Source of the DNA: Bacteroidota bacterium
GTDB lineage: Bacteria; Eisenbacteria; RBG-16-71-46; SZUA-252
Reading direction: 5' to 3'
Assembly (NCBI GenBank): GCA_050257045.1
Contig: JBLMWD010000093.1
Coordinates: forward strand, 21,242-85,241
DNA: 64,000 nt
Made by a program: the position numbers and the translations under genes
Shown: positions 41,672-51,618 of the stretch, piece after piece
How positions within the stretch are numbered: position 1 is the stretch's first letter
Layout: the number at the start of each line of letters is the position of its first letter
The notes under the pieces: generated by a model
The model's input: only the letters and a program-made list of their open reading frames with translations
What the model was told of the DNA's origin: nothing
Database searches by the model: none

Positions 41672-43153
41672 CTAGCCCGCGCTCGCCACGCGCGCGGCCG
41701 CCTGCTGCAGCGCCGACATCCGCTCGTTTCCGAGGCGGAACGTCGAGGCGAGCAGGAGGCAGGCTTCGGCGCGGGTGAGCGGCTGATCGGACTGGGCGAG
41801 CGCGGCAAAGCCCGGATCGAGCCGCGGCGCGGCCACCGCCGGCTTGACGACCGGTCGCTTCACCCGCTTCCGGGAGTGCGATCCCGCAGCCAGGGCCGCC
41901 TTCCGGGCACGGAGGGCGCGCGCGTACTCGGCGTCGGCCGCCTTGCGACGCGCGGCCGTCTCGGCCAGGGCCGCGGCCCTCGCGTCGCGCTCGGCCCTGG
42001 CGGCCGCGGCCGATCCGGCGAAGATCCGGTTGAAGTCGTCGCAGACCCGTTCCCGCCCGAACGAGGCGAGGCTGTAGCCGCGGGAGGCGGAGTGCTCGGC
42101 GCACCGGAGCAGCACCTCGAGCGCCTCGGCGCGCGTCAGGTGATCCCCTGCGCGCTCGCCCGAGGAGCCGGCATTCAGCACCCCCGCGTCGAGGAGCGCC
42201 TGGCGGAGCGACGAAAATGAGGCGGCGCCGGCGGTGCCCGGGATCCGGAACGCCGAGCCGAGCGCGGCGTAGAAGTCGGCGCGAGTGATCGAATCATCGG
42301 GCTGGAAGGAGTCCTGGTTCTCGGCGACGATCCCGTCGCGGAGCGCGGCCAGGGCGTAGCGCGCCTGCCAGCTCCCGGGCTCGAGGTCGTCGTAGCCGTG
42401 AACGTGCCGCTCCATGAAGGCGAGCGGATCGGTCGGGGCGAGGAGCGCGAACGTGCGGTCCTCCACGGTCGCGCTCTCGGCTTCGTCGGGATCGAAGTCG
42501 TCACCCGCCGCGGCGCCGGGCTGGGCGTCGCGGATCTCGAAGTGGAGGTGCGGCGAGGTGGCCCGTCCCGACTGCCCCACGCGCGCGATCACCTCGCCCG
42601 CCGCGACCAGGTCGCCCCCCTTGACCAGGATCGATCGCGGCTTCAGGTGGCCGTAGAGGGTGTGGACGGTCTTCCCGTCCGAAAGGACGTGGCGGATGAC
42701 GACGTAGTTGCCCCAGCCGGTGCGCCAGTGCGACGAGACCCGGTAGCGGGTCCGCGACCGGACCACGCGCTTCCCATGCACGCGGCGGGTGACCTTGACC
42801 GTGTAGGGAGTGCGCGTCTGGATGAGGCCGTTCACGTCGGCCACCTCGACCACGCCGCAGGCCGCGGCGCGCACCGGCGCGCCGGCCCCGCCGTTCGCGA
42901 GGTCGACCCCCTTGTGCAGGCGCCGGCCGTGCGCGTCGTCGCGCACCGCGTCGTAGGGATCGGAGACGTGGAACCCCGAGCCCTCTCCGGCGTGGGGTTT
43001 CGTGTAGTCGAGCTCGTCGCCGACCGGATAAACGAAGGCGCCGGCGATGGGGACATCACCGGCGTCGTCGTGTGCGAGGTCTTTGGCCGCCGCGCCCGGA
43101 ACCGGGCCGGCGACCGTCAGGAGGAGCGCCGCGATCGCGAGCGCCCGCGGCAA
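41672..43153 (-). CDS. Secreted M23 family peptidase with C-terminal SLH-like repeats
   Basis: The track ORF is trimmed to TTG 43153 (MPRALAIAALLLTVAGPVPGAAA signal peptide), 2 nt after the dacA-like stop. It has an M23 domain (HKGVDLA...HLHFEIRD) and two or three SLH-like segments (ITRADFYAAL, LTRAEALEVL, LTRAEACLLL). The upstream 160 codons of the track ORF are antisense to dacA. Confidence 0.7.
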   Translation of the reverse strand: MPRALAIAALLLTVAGPVPGAAAKDLAHDDAGDVPIAGAFVYPVGDELDYTKPHAGEGSGFHVSDPYDAVRDDAHGRRLHKGVDLANGGAGAPVRAAACGVVEVADVNGLIQTRTPYTVKVTRRVHGKRVVRSRTRYRVSSHWRTGWGNYVVIRHVLSDGKTVHTLYGHLKPRSILVKGGDLVAAGEVIARVGQSGRATSPHLHFEIRDAQPGAAAGDDFDPDEAESATVEDRTFALLAPTDPLAFMERHVHGYDDLEPGSWQARYALAALRDGIVAENQDSFQPDDSITRADFYAALGSAFRIPGTAGAASFSSLRQALLDAGVLNAGSSGERAGDHLTRAEALEVLLRCAEHSASRGYSLASFGRERVCDDFNRIFAGSAAAARAERDARAAALAETAARRKAADAEYARALRARKAALAAGSHSRKRVKRPVVKPAVAAPRLDPGFAALAQSDQPLTRAEACLLLASTFRLGNERMSALQQAAARVASAG

Positions 43154-43155
43154 AC

Positions 43156-44175
43156 CTATTCGTTCTCCAAGGACGGGTCGAGGTCGCGGTGGAGGGCGAA
43201 CCGGATCGTCCAGTCGAGGATCCGCTTCGCCTCCGCGAACCGCAGGGCGTTGCTCGGCGCTCCCAGCACCACCGCCGTGATCTCCGTTCCGGTCGGGGAC
43301 TGGATGTTCGTCGCGAGGCAGTAGCCCGCTTCCTGGATGAACCCGGTCTTGCCCGCCGTCACGCGCCACTTGCTCCGGAGCAGCCGGTTCGTGTTGATCA
43401 GCAGGTGCAGCCGGCGGTTCGACGTGAAGGTGTACTCCTCCTTCTGCATGATGTTGCTGATGATGTCGTTGCCCGCCGCGGTGCGGAGGAGCTTCGCCAC
43501 GGCCTGCGCCGTCGCGACGTTCTGGTCGCTGAGCCCGGTCGGCTCCACGAAGTGGGCGCCGGTCAGACCGAGCGAATCGGCCTTCACGTTCATCCGGCGC
43601 ACGAACTCCATGCGGTCGAGGCCGCACGTGCGCGCAAGCGCCTTGGTGGCCACGTTGTCGGACGACATGATCGAGGCGTGGATGAGGTCGCGCACGGTGA
43701 TCTGCTCGTGCGCCCGGATGTGGGAGCGGCTCGAGTTCCGGACGTCCTCGGGAAGGATCTCGACCACGCGGTCCCAGTCGGGCTGCGTGTCGAGAAGCAC
43801 GAGGGCGCTCACCATCTTCGTGAGGCTCGCGATCGGATAGACGCGCTCGGGATTCTTCTGGAAGAGGACCTGTCCGCTCGCGTCCTCGACGTAGGCCGCC
43901 TTCACGTGGAGGCGCGGGATCCCGTACGGGGTGATGGCGGGGAGCCTCAGCATCGCCACCCGGCGGCGGCGGTGGACGCGCGCGCGCCGGCGGGCCGGAC
44001 GGCTCGTCGCCGTGGACGCCGACGAGCGGAGATGGGTCCGATGGCGATAGGTGCGCGCCGAAGCGCTCCCGGTTTCGGCGAGAACCCCAAAAGCCATTGC
44101 GAGACAGGTGATTACAGCGACATTTCGGATTCGACGGACCTGATGCGGAGATGCCATGGATCGTTCTGCCCTCAT
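43156..44175 (-). CDS. D-alanyl-D-alanine carboxypeptidase (serine peptidase S11, PBP5/6-like)
   Basis: Track ORF of 339 aa with a signal peptide and the SxxK (SLTKM), SxN (SDN) and KTG motifs. Confidence 0.8.
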   Translation of the reverse strand: MRAERSMASPHQVRRIRNVAVITCLAMAFGVLAETGSASARTYRHRTHLRSSASTATSRPARRRARVHRRRRVAMLRLPAITPYGIPRLHVKAAYVEDASGQVLFQKNPERVYPIASLTKMVSALVLLDTQPDWDRVVEILPEDVRNSSRSHIRAHEQITVRDLIHASIMSSDNVATKALARTCGLDRMEFVRRMNVKADSLGLTGAHFVEPTGLSDQNVATAQAVAKLLRTAAGNDIISNIMQKEEYTFTSNRRLHLLINTNRLLRSKWRVTAGKTGFIQEAGYCLATNIQSPTGTEITAVVLGAPSNALRFAEAKRILDWTIRFALHRDLDPSLENE

Positions 44176-44420
44176 CCGTGAGTTACTCCCTGAACAACGG
44201 TTGGCGGAAGGACGGGGAAGGCGTCCTTCTCAGGGTTATCGGATGCGGCAGGCAGAACTGAAGGGGAAGTTCTTGCCGCCCGGGCTCGGAAGCCCCTACT
44301 GCCCATAAGAATAGCATGACGCATTTGCCGTTGTCCACCCTGGGTTCCATCCGTCGCTTCGGGAAGGGGGCGGGCGGTACGCCGGGACGCCGTGCCGCGC
44401 CATCGAATTGCGGTGGATAC

Positions 44421-44448
44421 GCTTGCGGCGGCCCCTTGGAAGAGGCCG
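44421..44448 (-). terminator. GC-rich hairpin (9-bp stem GCGGCGGCC/GGCCGCCGC, 10-nt loop) 22 bp downstream of the PDZ-protein stop
   Basis: It is a perfect inverted repeat, but no U-tract follows, as is common in high-GC genomes. It is a putative intrinsic terminator or RNA-stability element. Confidence 0.4.
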
Positions 44449-44469
44449 CCGCGGGTCAAGTCCTCTTAA

Positions 44470-45156
44470 CTAGTCGCCGTTGTCCTGATCGCGGTCGCGC
44501 GAACGGTCGTTGTCACGGTTGTCGTTGTTCTGACTGTGGATCTCCTGGCGAAGGGACTGGATCTCCTGGCGGAGCTCCCGGACCTGGTCTTGAAGGTCAC
44601 GGATCTGCCGCTGCATGTCCCCGTTGGGCGTCATCGGCACTTCGGGCGGCATCATCGGGTGCTGCATCATGCCCATGCCGGTCATTCCCTTGGGGCGCTC
44701 GCCCACCTGGACCGCCACCGTGCGGACCGAGCCGGAGCGCCACACGGTCACCCGCGCCCGGTCGCCGGGGCTGAGCCCCCGGACCACCCGGATCAGGTCG
44801 GCCGAGTTGTCGATCTTCTGCCGGTTCACGTTCGTGATCACGTCGCCACGGCGGATCCCGCTCTGATCGGCGGGGCTGTCGTCCTCGACGCGGCTGACCA
44901 ACGCTCCCTCGTCCGTGGGGAGGTTGCGCGCCCGCTGGAGCGCGACGGTCACGTCCTGGACCTGCACGCCGAGATACCCGCCCTGGGCGTCGTCGTCGCT
45001 GCCGTAGATCCGGACCGTGCCCTGCCGGCCGTTGTCGTTGTTGTTGTCGTCATCGTCGTCCGCCGCCCTCGCCACGACGGGCAGGGTCAGCAGCGACAGC
45101 GCCAGCCCGAACGCCGCGAGGCTCCAGGCGGGCCGCAAAGCCCGAGACAATCTCAT
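44470..45156 (-). CDS. Secreted PDZ domain protein with poly-Asp/Asn low-complexity segments and a C-terminal coiled coil
   Basis: Track ORF of 228 aa with a signal peptide (LLTLPVVARA), a DDDDDNNNDN stretch and a PDZ core (GYLGVQVQDV...GALVSRVEDDSPADQSGIRRGDVITNVN). It also has a RQIRDLQDQVRELRQEIQSLRQEI heptad region and an N/D/R-rich tail. Confidence 0.7.
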   Translation of the reverse strand: MRLSRALRPAWSLAAFGLALSLLTLPVVARAADDDDDNNNDNGRQGTVRIYGSDDDAQGGYLGVQVQDVTVALQRARNLPTDEGALVSRVEDDSPADQSGIRRGDVITNVNRQKIDNSADLIRVVRGLSPGDRARVTVWRSGSVRTVAVQVGERPKGMTGMGMMQHPMMPPEVPMTPNGDMQRQIRDLQDQVRELRQEIQSLRQEIHSQNNDNRDNDRSRDRDQDNGD

Positions 45157-45258
45157 CTGCAGTTACCTCCGTTGCGAATTGGATGGGGGTGCGCCGCGCC
45201 TCACTCCGGTCTACCGCGCCGACCGGCCGAAGTTCCCGCCCCTGGTTGGACGAGCGGA

Positions 45259-46602
45259 CTAGTTGGCCGGTTGGAGCCGGAATGTGGAGCAGCCCGCGCT
45301 TTCGGAGAGCGCTCCGATCGGACCGCACGGAGCGCGAAGAGCGGGCGACAGGTCCCGGAGCTTGAAATCGCCGTGCTCCGCGTCGCAGAAAAGCGGGTCC
45401 CCGACCCAGGTGTTGGCGGAGGGGAGGGCGCCGATGGCCCCTCCGGACGGATCCCAGATGAGGTTGCAGTCGTATCGAGGAGAGGTCTGCAGCCCCGTCG
45501 CCGCGCCCTGATCATGTTCCAGCACGAAGATGTTCTTGCGCACTTCCGGGGAGACATCGACGAAGAAGAGGTTGGCTCCGTCTCCTTTCACCCGGTTCTT
45601 GTAGAACGTGTTGTTGGAGAGGATCGGATTCACGTTCGCGGTCCCACGCTGCCGAATCCCGATCGCGCCGGCGACACCGTCGGCGGTGTTCTCATCGAAC
45701 ACTGAGTATCCCACATTCGTCCGCGCGTGGTCGGAGTTGATCGCGGGGGCCGTGGGCGAGTGATTCCGGGTAAAGCGCGAGCGGGAGACGTTGAACTCCG
45801 CGAAGGTCATGGTTGCCAGGGCGGCGCCGGACACGTCGGACGTGTTCTCCCGGAAGGTGCAGCTCGCGATCGTCCCCTCCGAGGAGTCGGCGGCGCAGAC
45901 CCCTCCGCCGACGCCGCCCTTCGCCCGGTTTCCGGAGAAGAGGGTGTTCCGCAGGGGCATCATGAGCCGGGAGTTGCTCAGGAAGAGGCCGCCCCCCTCG
46001 TGACCCTCGTTGTCGGTGAACTCGCAGTCGAAGACCGCCACGATGGTGTCGTTGACGCGGACCCCGCTCCCCTGGTTGTTCGAGATCTTGCACCCGCTGA
46101 TCGCGATCTCTTTGGACCCCCAGACGCCGATGGCCGATTCCCAGTTCTTGGTGAGCACGCAGCCGCCGACCGAGAAGGTGGTGTCGCGGACGATCTGGAT
46201 GCCGCCGCCTCCGTTCGCCTTGCCGCCGCGGATGCCGAACCCCAGGATCGCCCCCCGGCGCACCCCTTCGACGTGGAGGACGCGCACGCTGTCGCCGCCG
46301 TCCAGAATCGTCTTCTCGGGCCCTCCCTCGGAGCGGAGCACGAGCGGCTTCTTCAGCTGGATGCCGCCGCGGTAGATCCCGGGCGCGACCAGGACCGTGT
46401 CGCCGGGCTGGGCGGCGTCGATCGCGGCCTGGATCGTGCGGTGCTCGCGGGGAACGAGGCGGCGCCGGGCCTCTGCGGCGCGGGGTGCGAGTGCTGCGAC
46501 GAGGAGCACCGCGGCAACGAGCCGCGCCGCCGCCGCGGCGACGGCGAGGCCGCCTCCGCGGGCGGGGCGGGACCTTCGGGCGCGAGCGCCGTCAGGGCCC
46601 AA
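45259..46602 (-). CDS. Secreted right-handed parallel beta-helix repeat protein (pectate-lyase/NosD-like fold)
   Basis: Track ORF of 447 aa with a signal peptide and repeated beta-helix rungs (ISGCKISNNQGSGVRV, FDCEFTDNEGHEGGG, FSGNRAKGGVGGG). Confidence 0.65.
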   Translation of the reverse strand: MGPDGARARRSRPARGGGLAVAAAAARLVAAVLLVAALAPRAAEARRRLVPREHRTIQAAIDAAQPGDTVLVAPGIYRGGIQLKKPLVLRSEGGPEKTILDGGDSVRVLHVEGVRRGAILGFGIRGGKANGGGGIQIVRDTTFSVGGCVLTKNWESAIGVWGSKEIAISGCKISNNQGSGVRVNDTIVAVFDCEFTDNEGHEGGGLFLSNSRLMMPLRNTLFSGNRAKGGVGGGVCAADSSEGTIASCTFRENTSDVSGAALATMTFAEFNVSRSRFTRNHSPTAPAINSDHARTNVGYSVFDENTADGVAGAIGIRQRGTANVNPILSNNTFYKNRVKGDGANLFFVDVSPEVRKNIFVLEHDQGAATGLQTSPRYDCNLIWDPSGGAIGALPSANTWVGDPLFCDAEHGDFKLRDLSPALRAPCGPIGALSESAGCSTFRLQPAN

Positions 46603-49408
46603 CGGCGCTCCCCGGGGCCGCTGTCGACCCCGCGATCACGAGGGCGTATCCGGACGAAGACTTGAGGTAGGCGCGCGCGGCGGCCGCGGCCGCCTCCTTC
46701 GTGACGCCCCGCACGATCGAGGTGTAGCGCTCGATGTAGTCCAGCCCGAGCCCGTAGAGCTCCGCCGCGAGGAGCTGCGAGGCGACGCCCGCGTTGGTCT
46801 CGAGGCGCACCGGGAAGACTCCCGTCAGGTAGTCCTTCGCGTCCTCCATCTCCGTGTCGGTCGGACCCGAATCGGCCATGCGGCGCACCTGCTCGAGGAT
46901 GCTCGAGACCGCGCGATCGACGTTGGCCGGGTTGGTGCCGGCGCGGATCGTGAGCGGCCCCGCGCCGATGCCGGCGCCGAACGAGGAGTAGACGCCGTAG
47001 ACGAGCCCCTGCTCGTCGCGGAGGCTCGTCATGAGGCGGCTCGAGAGCGATCCGCCGCCGAGGATGTAGTTCATCAGCATCGCCGCGTCGTAGTCGGGAG
47101 CGGTCCGCGCGATTCCCGGCACGGCGTAGACCACGTCGGTCTGCGACTTCCCCGCCATCGGAACCTTCAGCTCGAGCGTCTTCGCGGGGGCGGGCGCGGC
47201 CGGCACCGCGAACGGCGGCGCCGGGTCGAGCCGCTTCCAGCCGCCGAACGCCTCGCGCACGAGATCGGCCGCGCGCTGGGGGTCGACGTCGCCCACGAGG
47301 ACGAGGATCGTGTTGTTCGGGCCGTAGTGGCCCGCGTGGAACGAGACCATGTCGTCGCGCGTGATCGCCTTCAGCGAGCTGTCGGTCCCCATCGGATTCA
47401 GGCGGTAGGGGTGCCCCTCGGGATAGAGGAGCAGGTTCGCGCGGCGCGCGGCCACGCTCGCGGTGGAGTTCTCCGCGATCTGCCAGTCGCTGATCCGCTC
47501 GACCCGGACCTTCTCGACCTTGTCGGCCGGGAACGCGGGGTGCTGGAGCTCGTCGGAGAGGACCTCGAGCATCGAGGGCAGATCCGGCGAGAGCATCGTC
47601 CCGGAGAAGGAGATCGTCTCGGCGCCGCCGTCGAAGCTCAGGTGCGCGCCCGCTCCTTCCACCGTCTCGGCGATCTGGAATGCGCTCCGCTTCGTCGTCC
47701 CCTGATCGAGCAGGGCGGCGGTGAAGCCGGCGAGACCGCTCTTTCCCGGCGGGTCGTAGATTCCCCCGGCCCGGACGAGTCCCTGGAGCGAGACGGTCGG
47801 GTTCGCGGAATTGCGCCGCACGATGAGCGTGAGGCCGTTCGGGAGCACGGTCCGGTAGGGGAGCGCGGCCGCGTGCGTCGCCCCGCCCGTCGCGGCGGGA
47901 GCCGACGCGAAAGCCGCGGTGAACGGCGTGAAGGCGGCGTCGGGCGAGGATTCGGGGCGATAGTGGTCGACCCAGTGGGATGGAGCGCCCGCCCCCGCGG
48001 CTTCGGCGGGCGCGGCGTTTCCGGCCGAGGCCCGGGTCTCCGGGATCGGGTCGTACCAGCCCACGGTGCGCGAGCTCTCGGTCAGGTAGGTTCGCGCCAC
48101 CCGCCGGACGTCCTCCGCCGTGACCGCGCGGACCCGCTCCACGTAGGTGTCGAGATAGCGCCAGGAGGCCACGGTGTTGTAGTACCCCAGCTGCTGCGCG
48201 AGGCTCCGGATCGAATCCTTCGAGTAGACGAACGAGGCCTCGACCTGCTTCTTCGCCCGGGCGAGCTCCTGGGCCGTGACCGGATCCCGCTTCAGCCGCT
48301 CGGTCTCGTCGAGGAGCGCACCCTCGAGGCGGGCGAGCTCGACGCCCGGCGCGGCCGTCGCCTGCACGCTGAAGAGGAGCGGATCGTGCCCGGTGTCGTT
48401 CGAGGCGTCCACCTCGCTCGCGAGCTTCTTCTCCACGAGCGCCTGGTAGAGGCGCGACGTCTGGCCGTGGCCGAGGATGATCCCGAGCACGTCCATCGCG
48501 TAGTTGTCGGGGTCCGTCACCGCCGGGTTGTGCCAGGCGATCATGAGGTAGCGCGTGTCGCCCGGCTTCCGGATCTTGAAGCGGCGCTCCCCGAGCTGCG
48601 GCGGCTCGACCGTGGTCACAGGCGGCGGCTCGACGCCGCGCGGGACCGGGCCGAAGTACTTCTTCACCATCGCGAGCGCGGCGGCGGCGTCCACGTCTCC
48701 GACCACGACGACCGTCGCGTTGTTCGGCATGTAGTGGCTCTTGTAGTAGTCGCGGATCTGGCTCGTCTGGATCTGCTCCACGTCGGTGCGCCATCCGATC
48801 GTCGGCCAGTGGTAGGGATGCGCCTTGAACGCCTCGGCCATCGCCTCGAGATAGAGGGCCCGGTAGGGGTTGTCCTCGTTCCGCTCCAGCTCCGAGCGGA
48901 CCACCGTCATCTCCAGGCGATGCTCCTCGTCGGGAATCGTGGCGTTCACCATGCGGTCGGCCTCGATCTTCATCGCCATCTCGAGCCGGTCGCTCGCGAG
49001 CACTTCGAAGTAGGTCGTGTAGTCGAGGGACGTCCCCGCGTTGAACGTGGCGCCGTTCTTCTGGAGGACCTTCGCGATCTCTCCCTTTCCGTACGTCGGC
49101 GTCCCCTTGAACATCATGTGCTCGAGCAGGTGGGAGATGCCGGTGATCCCCGCGCTCTCGTTCCGCGATCCGACCTTGTACCAGACCATGAACGCGGCGA
49201 CCGGCGCCGTGTGGACCTCCTGCACCAGTACCGTGAGCCCGTTGTCGAGCTTCGTCTCGATGACGGGCGACTGCGTCGCGGTTGCCGCCGTGGGCGCTGT
49301 CATGGATCGAGTCCCTTTATGTTTCGAGGTGGAGCCGGCGAGCGCCGGCGTCGCCAGAATCGTCGTCATCGTGAGGACCGAAAGGAGCGCCGAAACCCGC
49401 CGCATCAT
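46592..49408 (-). CDS. Tandem M16 family zinc metallopeptidase (two pitrilysin-like units)
   Basis: Track ORF of 938 aa with a signal peptide and the inverted zinc motif HLLEHMMFKG plus a downstream E in the first unit. The second unit is an inactive-like M16 domain. The two halves are homologous. Confidence 0.85.
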   Translation of the reverse strand: MMRRVSALLSVLTMTTILATPALAGSTSKHKGTRSMTAPTAATATQSPVIETKLDNGLTVLVQEVHTAPVAAFMVWYKVGSRNESAGITGISHLLEHMMFKGTPTYGKGEIAKVLQKNGATFNAGTSLDYTTYFEVLASDRLEMAMKIEADRMVNATIPDEEHRLEMTVVRSELERNEDNPYRALYLEAMAEAFKAHPYHWPTIGWRTDVEQIQTSQIRDYYKSHYMPNNATVVVVGDVDAAAALAMVKKYFGPVPRGVEPPPVTTVEPPQLGERRFKIRKPGDTRYLMIAWHNPAVTDPDNYAMDVLGIILGHGQTSRLYQALVEKKLASEVDASNDTGHDPLLFSVQATAAPGVELARLEGALLDETERLKRDPVTAQELARAKKQVEASFVYSKDSIRSLAQQLGYYNTVASWRYLDTYVERVRAVTAEDVRRVARTYLTESSRTVGWYDPIPETRASAGNAAPAEAAGAGAPSHWVDHYRPESSPDAAFTPFTAAFASAPAATGGATHAAALPYRTVLPNGLTLIVRRNSANPTVSLQGLVRAGGIYDPPGKSGLAGFTAALLDQGTTKRSAFQIAETVEGAGAHLSFDGGAETISFSGTMLSPDLPSMLEVLSDELQHPAFPADKVEKVRVERISDWQIAENSTASVAARRANLLLYPEGHPYRLNPMGTDSSLKAITRDDMVSFHAGHYGPNNTILVLVGDVDPQRAADLVREAFGGWKRLDPAPPFAVPAAPAPAKTLELKVPMAGKSQTDVVYAVPGIARTAPDYDAAMLMNYILGGGSLSSRLMTSLRDEQGLVYGVYSSFGAGIGAGPLTIRAGTNPANVDRAVSSILEQVRRMADSGPTDTEMEDAKDYLTGVFPVRLETNAGVASQLLAAELYGLGLDYIERYTSIVRGVTKEAAAAAARAYLKSSSGYALVIAGSTAAPGSAVGP

Positions 49409-50865
49409 TCCTCCCCGGCGCCCGAGCGCTCAAGCGTAGCACGCCCGAGCGCCGCGACGCATTCGATGTGGGGCGTGTGCGGAAACATGTCCACCGGACG
49501 CACCCACGAGAGCCGATAGCGCGATTCGCAGAGGAGCGCGAGATCGCGCCCCAGCGTCGCGGGATTGCACGAAACATAAACGAGCCGCGGAGCGGCGAGA
49601 GAAACCAGACGCCAGATGACCCCAGGATGGAGCCCGGCCCGTGGCGGATCGACCAGCACCGCATCGAAGGCGCCGTGCTCTTCGCGCAGCGCCTCGGCGG
49701 CTTCGCCCCGGATGAAGCGGGCGTTCTCGATCCCGTTCCGGGCGGCGTTCCGCCCGGCGTCGCGCACAGCGGCTTCCGACGATTCGATCCCGACCGCCTC
49801 CCGCGCGCGTCGCGCGATCGGCAGGGTGAAGGTGCCCGTTCCCGAGTAGACGTCGAGCACCCGCTCGGCGCCGGTGAGCGCGAGCCCTTCGAGCGCGGTC
49901 TCGATGAGGCGCTCCCCCTGTTCCGTGTTGGTCTGGAAAAAGGATCCTGAGGAAATCTCGAAGACGAGCCCGCCGAGGCGCTCCTCGATGCGGTCGCGCC
50001 CGGCGAGCACGCGCTCCTCCTCGCCGACCGCAACCTGCGCCTTTCGCCGGGTCAGGTTCAGGACCACGCTCGCGACGGCGGGGAACCGCCGCGTGATCCG
50101 CTCCGCGAACGCGGGGAAGGAGGGATGCGGCGCCGACGCGACCAGGTTGACCATGACCTCCCCCGTCCGGATCCCCTCGCGCACGACGAGGAAGCGGAGG
50201 AGCCCCACGTGCCGGCGCGTGTCGTACGGCTCGAGGCCCTCCTCGAGCGCCCAGGCCCGGGTCTCGGCGACGATCTCGCTCGCGATCGGCCGGGCGATGT
50301 GGCATCGGGCGAGATCGAACGAGCGGTCGAAGAAGCCGCGGCGGTGGAGGCCGAGCGTGAGGGTCCCCGAGAAGTCCCGGCCGAAGGAGAACTCCATCTT
50401 GTTCCGGTAATGGTAGAGCGACGGGGCCGGAATGGCCGGACGGGAGGCGGCGGAGAGACCGCCGAGATGCGCGAGGCTCTCCTCGACCTGGCGCTCCTTG
50501 TGCCGGAGCTGTTCGGCGTAGTCGAGCTCCTGGAAACGGCAGCCGCCGCAGATCGGGACGTGCTCGCAGCGGGGGATCACCCGCGCCGGAGAGGGTCGAA
50601 GGATCGTGTCGGCGCGCGCCTCGGCGTACTGCCGCTTGCGGCGGTAGACCGTGGCAAGGACCCGGTCTCCGGGGAGGGCGTTCTCCACGAAGACGACCAG
50701 GCCGTCCACCTTGGAGAGGGCCGCCCCGCCGAACGCGAGCCCGGTCACGTCGAGCTCGAGGCTCGCGCCGCGCCGGACGGCGTCGGCCGTGGGCGAGGCC
50801 GGGCCGGTATCGGCAGTTCCGGTGGGCGTGAAATCGGGCGTCACGGAGGCCTCATGGGGGGTCAC
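49405..50865 (-). CDS. rlmD: 23S rRNA (uracil-C5)-methyltransferase RlmD/RumA with TRAM domain
   Basis: Track ORF of 486 aa with a TRAM-like N-terminus, an Fe-S cluster cysteines region (CEHVPICGGCRFQ), a SAM fold (VLDVYSGTGTF) and a C-terminal catalytic Cys region (YVSCNPATL). Confidence 0.85.
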   Translation of the reverse strand: MTPHEASVTPDFTPTGTADTGPASPTADAVRRGASLELDVTGLAFGGAALSKVDGLVVFVENALPGDRVLATVYRRKRQYAEARADTILRPSPARVIPRCEHVPICGGCRFQELDYAEQLRHKERQVEESLAHLGGLSAASRPAIPAPSLYHYRNKMEFSFGRDFSGTLTLGLHRRGFFDRSFDLARCHIARPIASEIVAETRAWALEEGLEPYDTRRHVGLLRFLVVREGIRTGEVMVNLVASAPHPSFPAFAERITRRFPAVASVVLNLTRRKAQVAVGEEERVLAGRDRIEERLGGLVFEISSGSFFQTNTEQGERLIETALEGLALTGAERVLDVYSGTGTFTLPIARRAREAVGIESSEAAVRDAGRNAARNGIENARFIRGEAAEALREEHGAFDAVLVDPPRAGLHPGVIWRLVSLAAPRLVYVSCNPATLGRDLALLCESRYRLSWVRPVDMFPHTPHIECVAALGRATLERSGAGEE

Positions 50866-50940
50866 CGTTGGATTCTACACCAGGGATCGAACCCCAAGAA
50901 CGCGCTTAGGGTAGCGGGTTTCGGGGCCGATAGGAGACGC

Positions 50941-51618
50941 ATGCGCCGTTTCTCCCCCGGCGGGGGTCTCCTCGCCGTTCTCGCGCTCGCGTTCGCCGGA
51001 TCCGCCCGCGCCGGGACCATCGAAGGCTCGGTCACGCTCACGCCGGCCGATCTCTCCTTTCGCGGAGGGATGAAGCCGAACGCCTACGTCGGGCAGCTCA
51101 GCGGAAGCGCGATGCGCGCCGACGCGCCGGTTCCGTCCGACACGACGTACGGCGTCGCCTACGTCGCCGACGTCGGAACGGCCGGCGACGCAGAGCCGGA
51201 GCCGCTCCTCCTCGATCAGAAGGGACAGCGCTTCATCCCGCGGATCCTCGCGGTCGTCGCGGGCGAGGCGGTCGACTTCCGGAACAGCGACAACGTCTAC
51301 CACAACGTCTTCTCGTACTCGCCGCCCAAGCGCTTCGACCTGGGGCGTTATCCGCGAGGCCGCTCGAAGCGGCTCGTCTTTCCGAAGCCGGGGCTGATCC
51401 AGGTCTTCTGCGACATCCATTCCGACATGCGCGCCGACATCGTGGTGGTGCCGAGCCGGCGGTACGCGTACCTGAACGCGGACGGCCGCTTCCGGATCGA
51501 GGGCGTCCCCGCCGGCAAGCACACCCTCGTCGTCTGGCTGCCGCGCCGGGGCGAGCGGAGCGGCGAGGTCGAGGTGCCGTCGGCGTCACCCGCGGAATTC
51601 GTGCTGGGCGCCGAGTGA
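50941..51618 (+). CDS. Secreted cupredoxin (type-1 blue copper) domain protein
   Basis: This is the C-terminal 225 aa of the track ORF, starting at ATG 50941 (MRRFSPGGGLLAVLALAFAGSARA signal peptide). It carries a plastocyanin-like ligand set, HNVF ... CDIHSDM (His, Cys-x2-His-x2-Met). Its stop overlaps the downstream histidine kinase GTG as GTGA. Confidence 0.6.
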   Translation: MRRFSPGGGLLAVLALAFAGSARAGTIEGSVTLTPADLSFRGGMKPNAYVGQLSGSAMRADAPVPSDTTYGVAYVADVGTAGDAEPEPLLLDQKGQRFIPRILAVVAGEAVDFRNSDNVYHNVFSYSPPKRFDLGRYPRGRSKRLVFPKPGLIQVFCDIHSDMRADIVVVPSRRYAYLNADGRFRIEGVPAGKHTLVVWLPRRGERSGEVEVPSASPAEFVLGAE

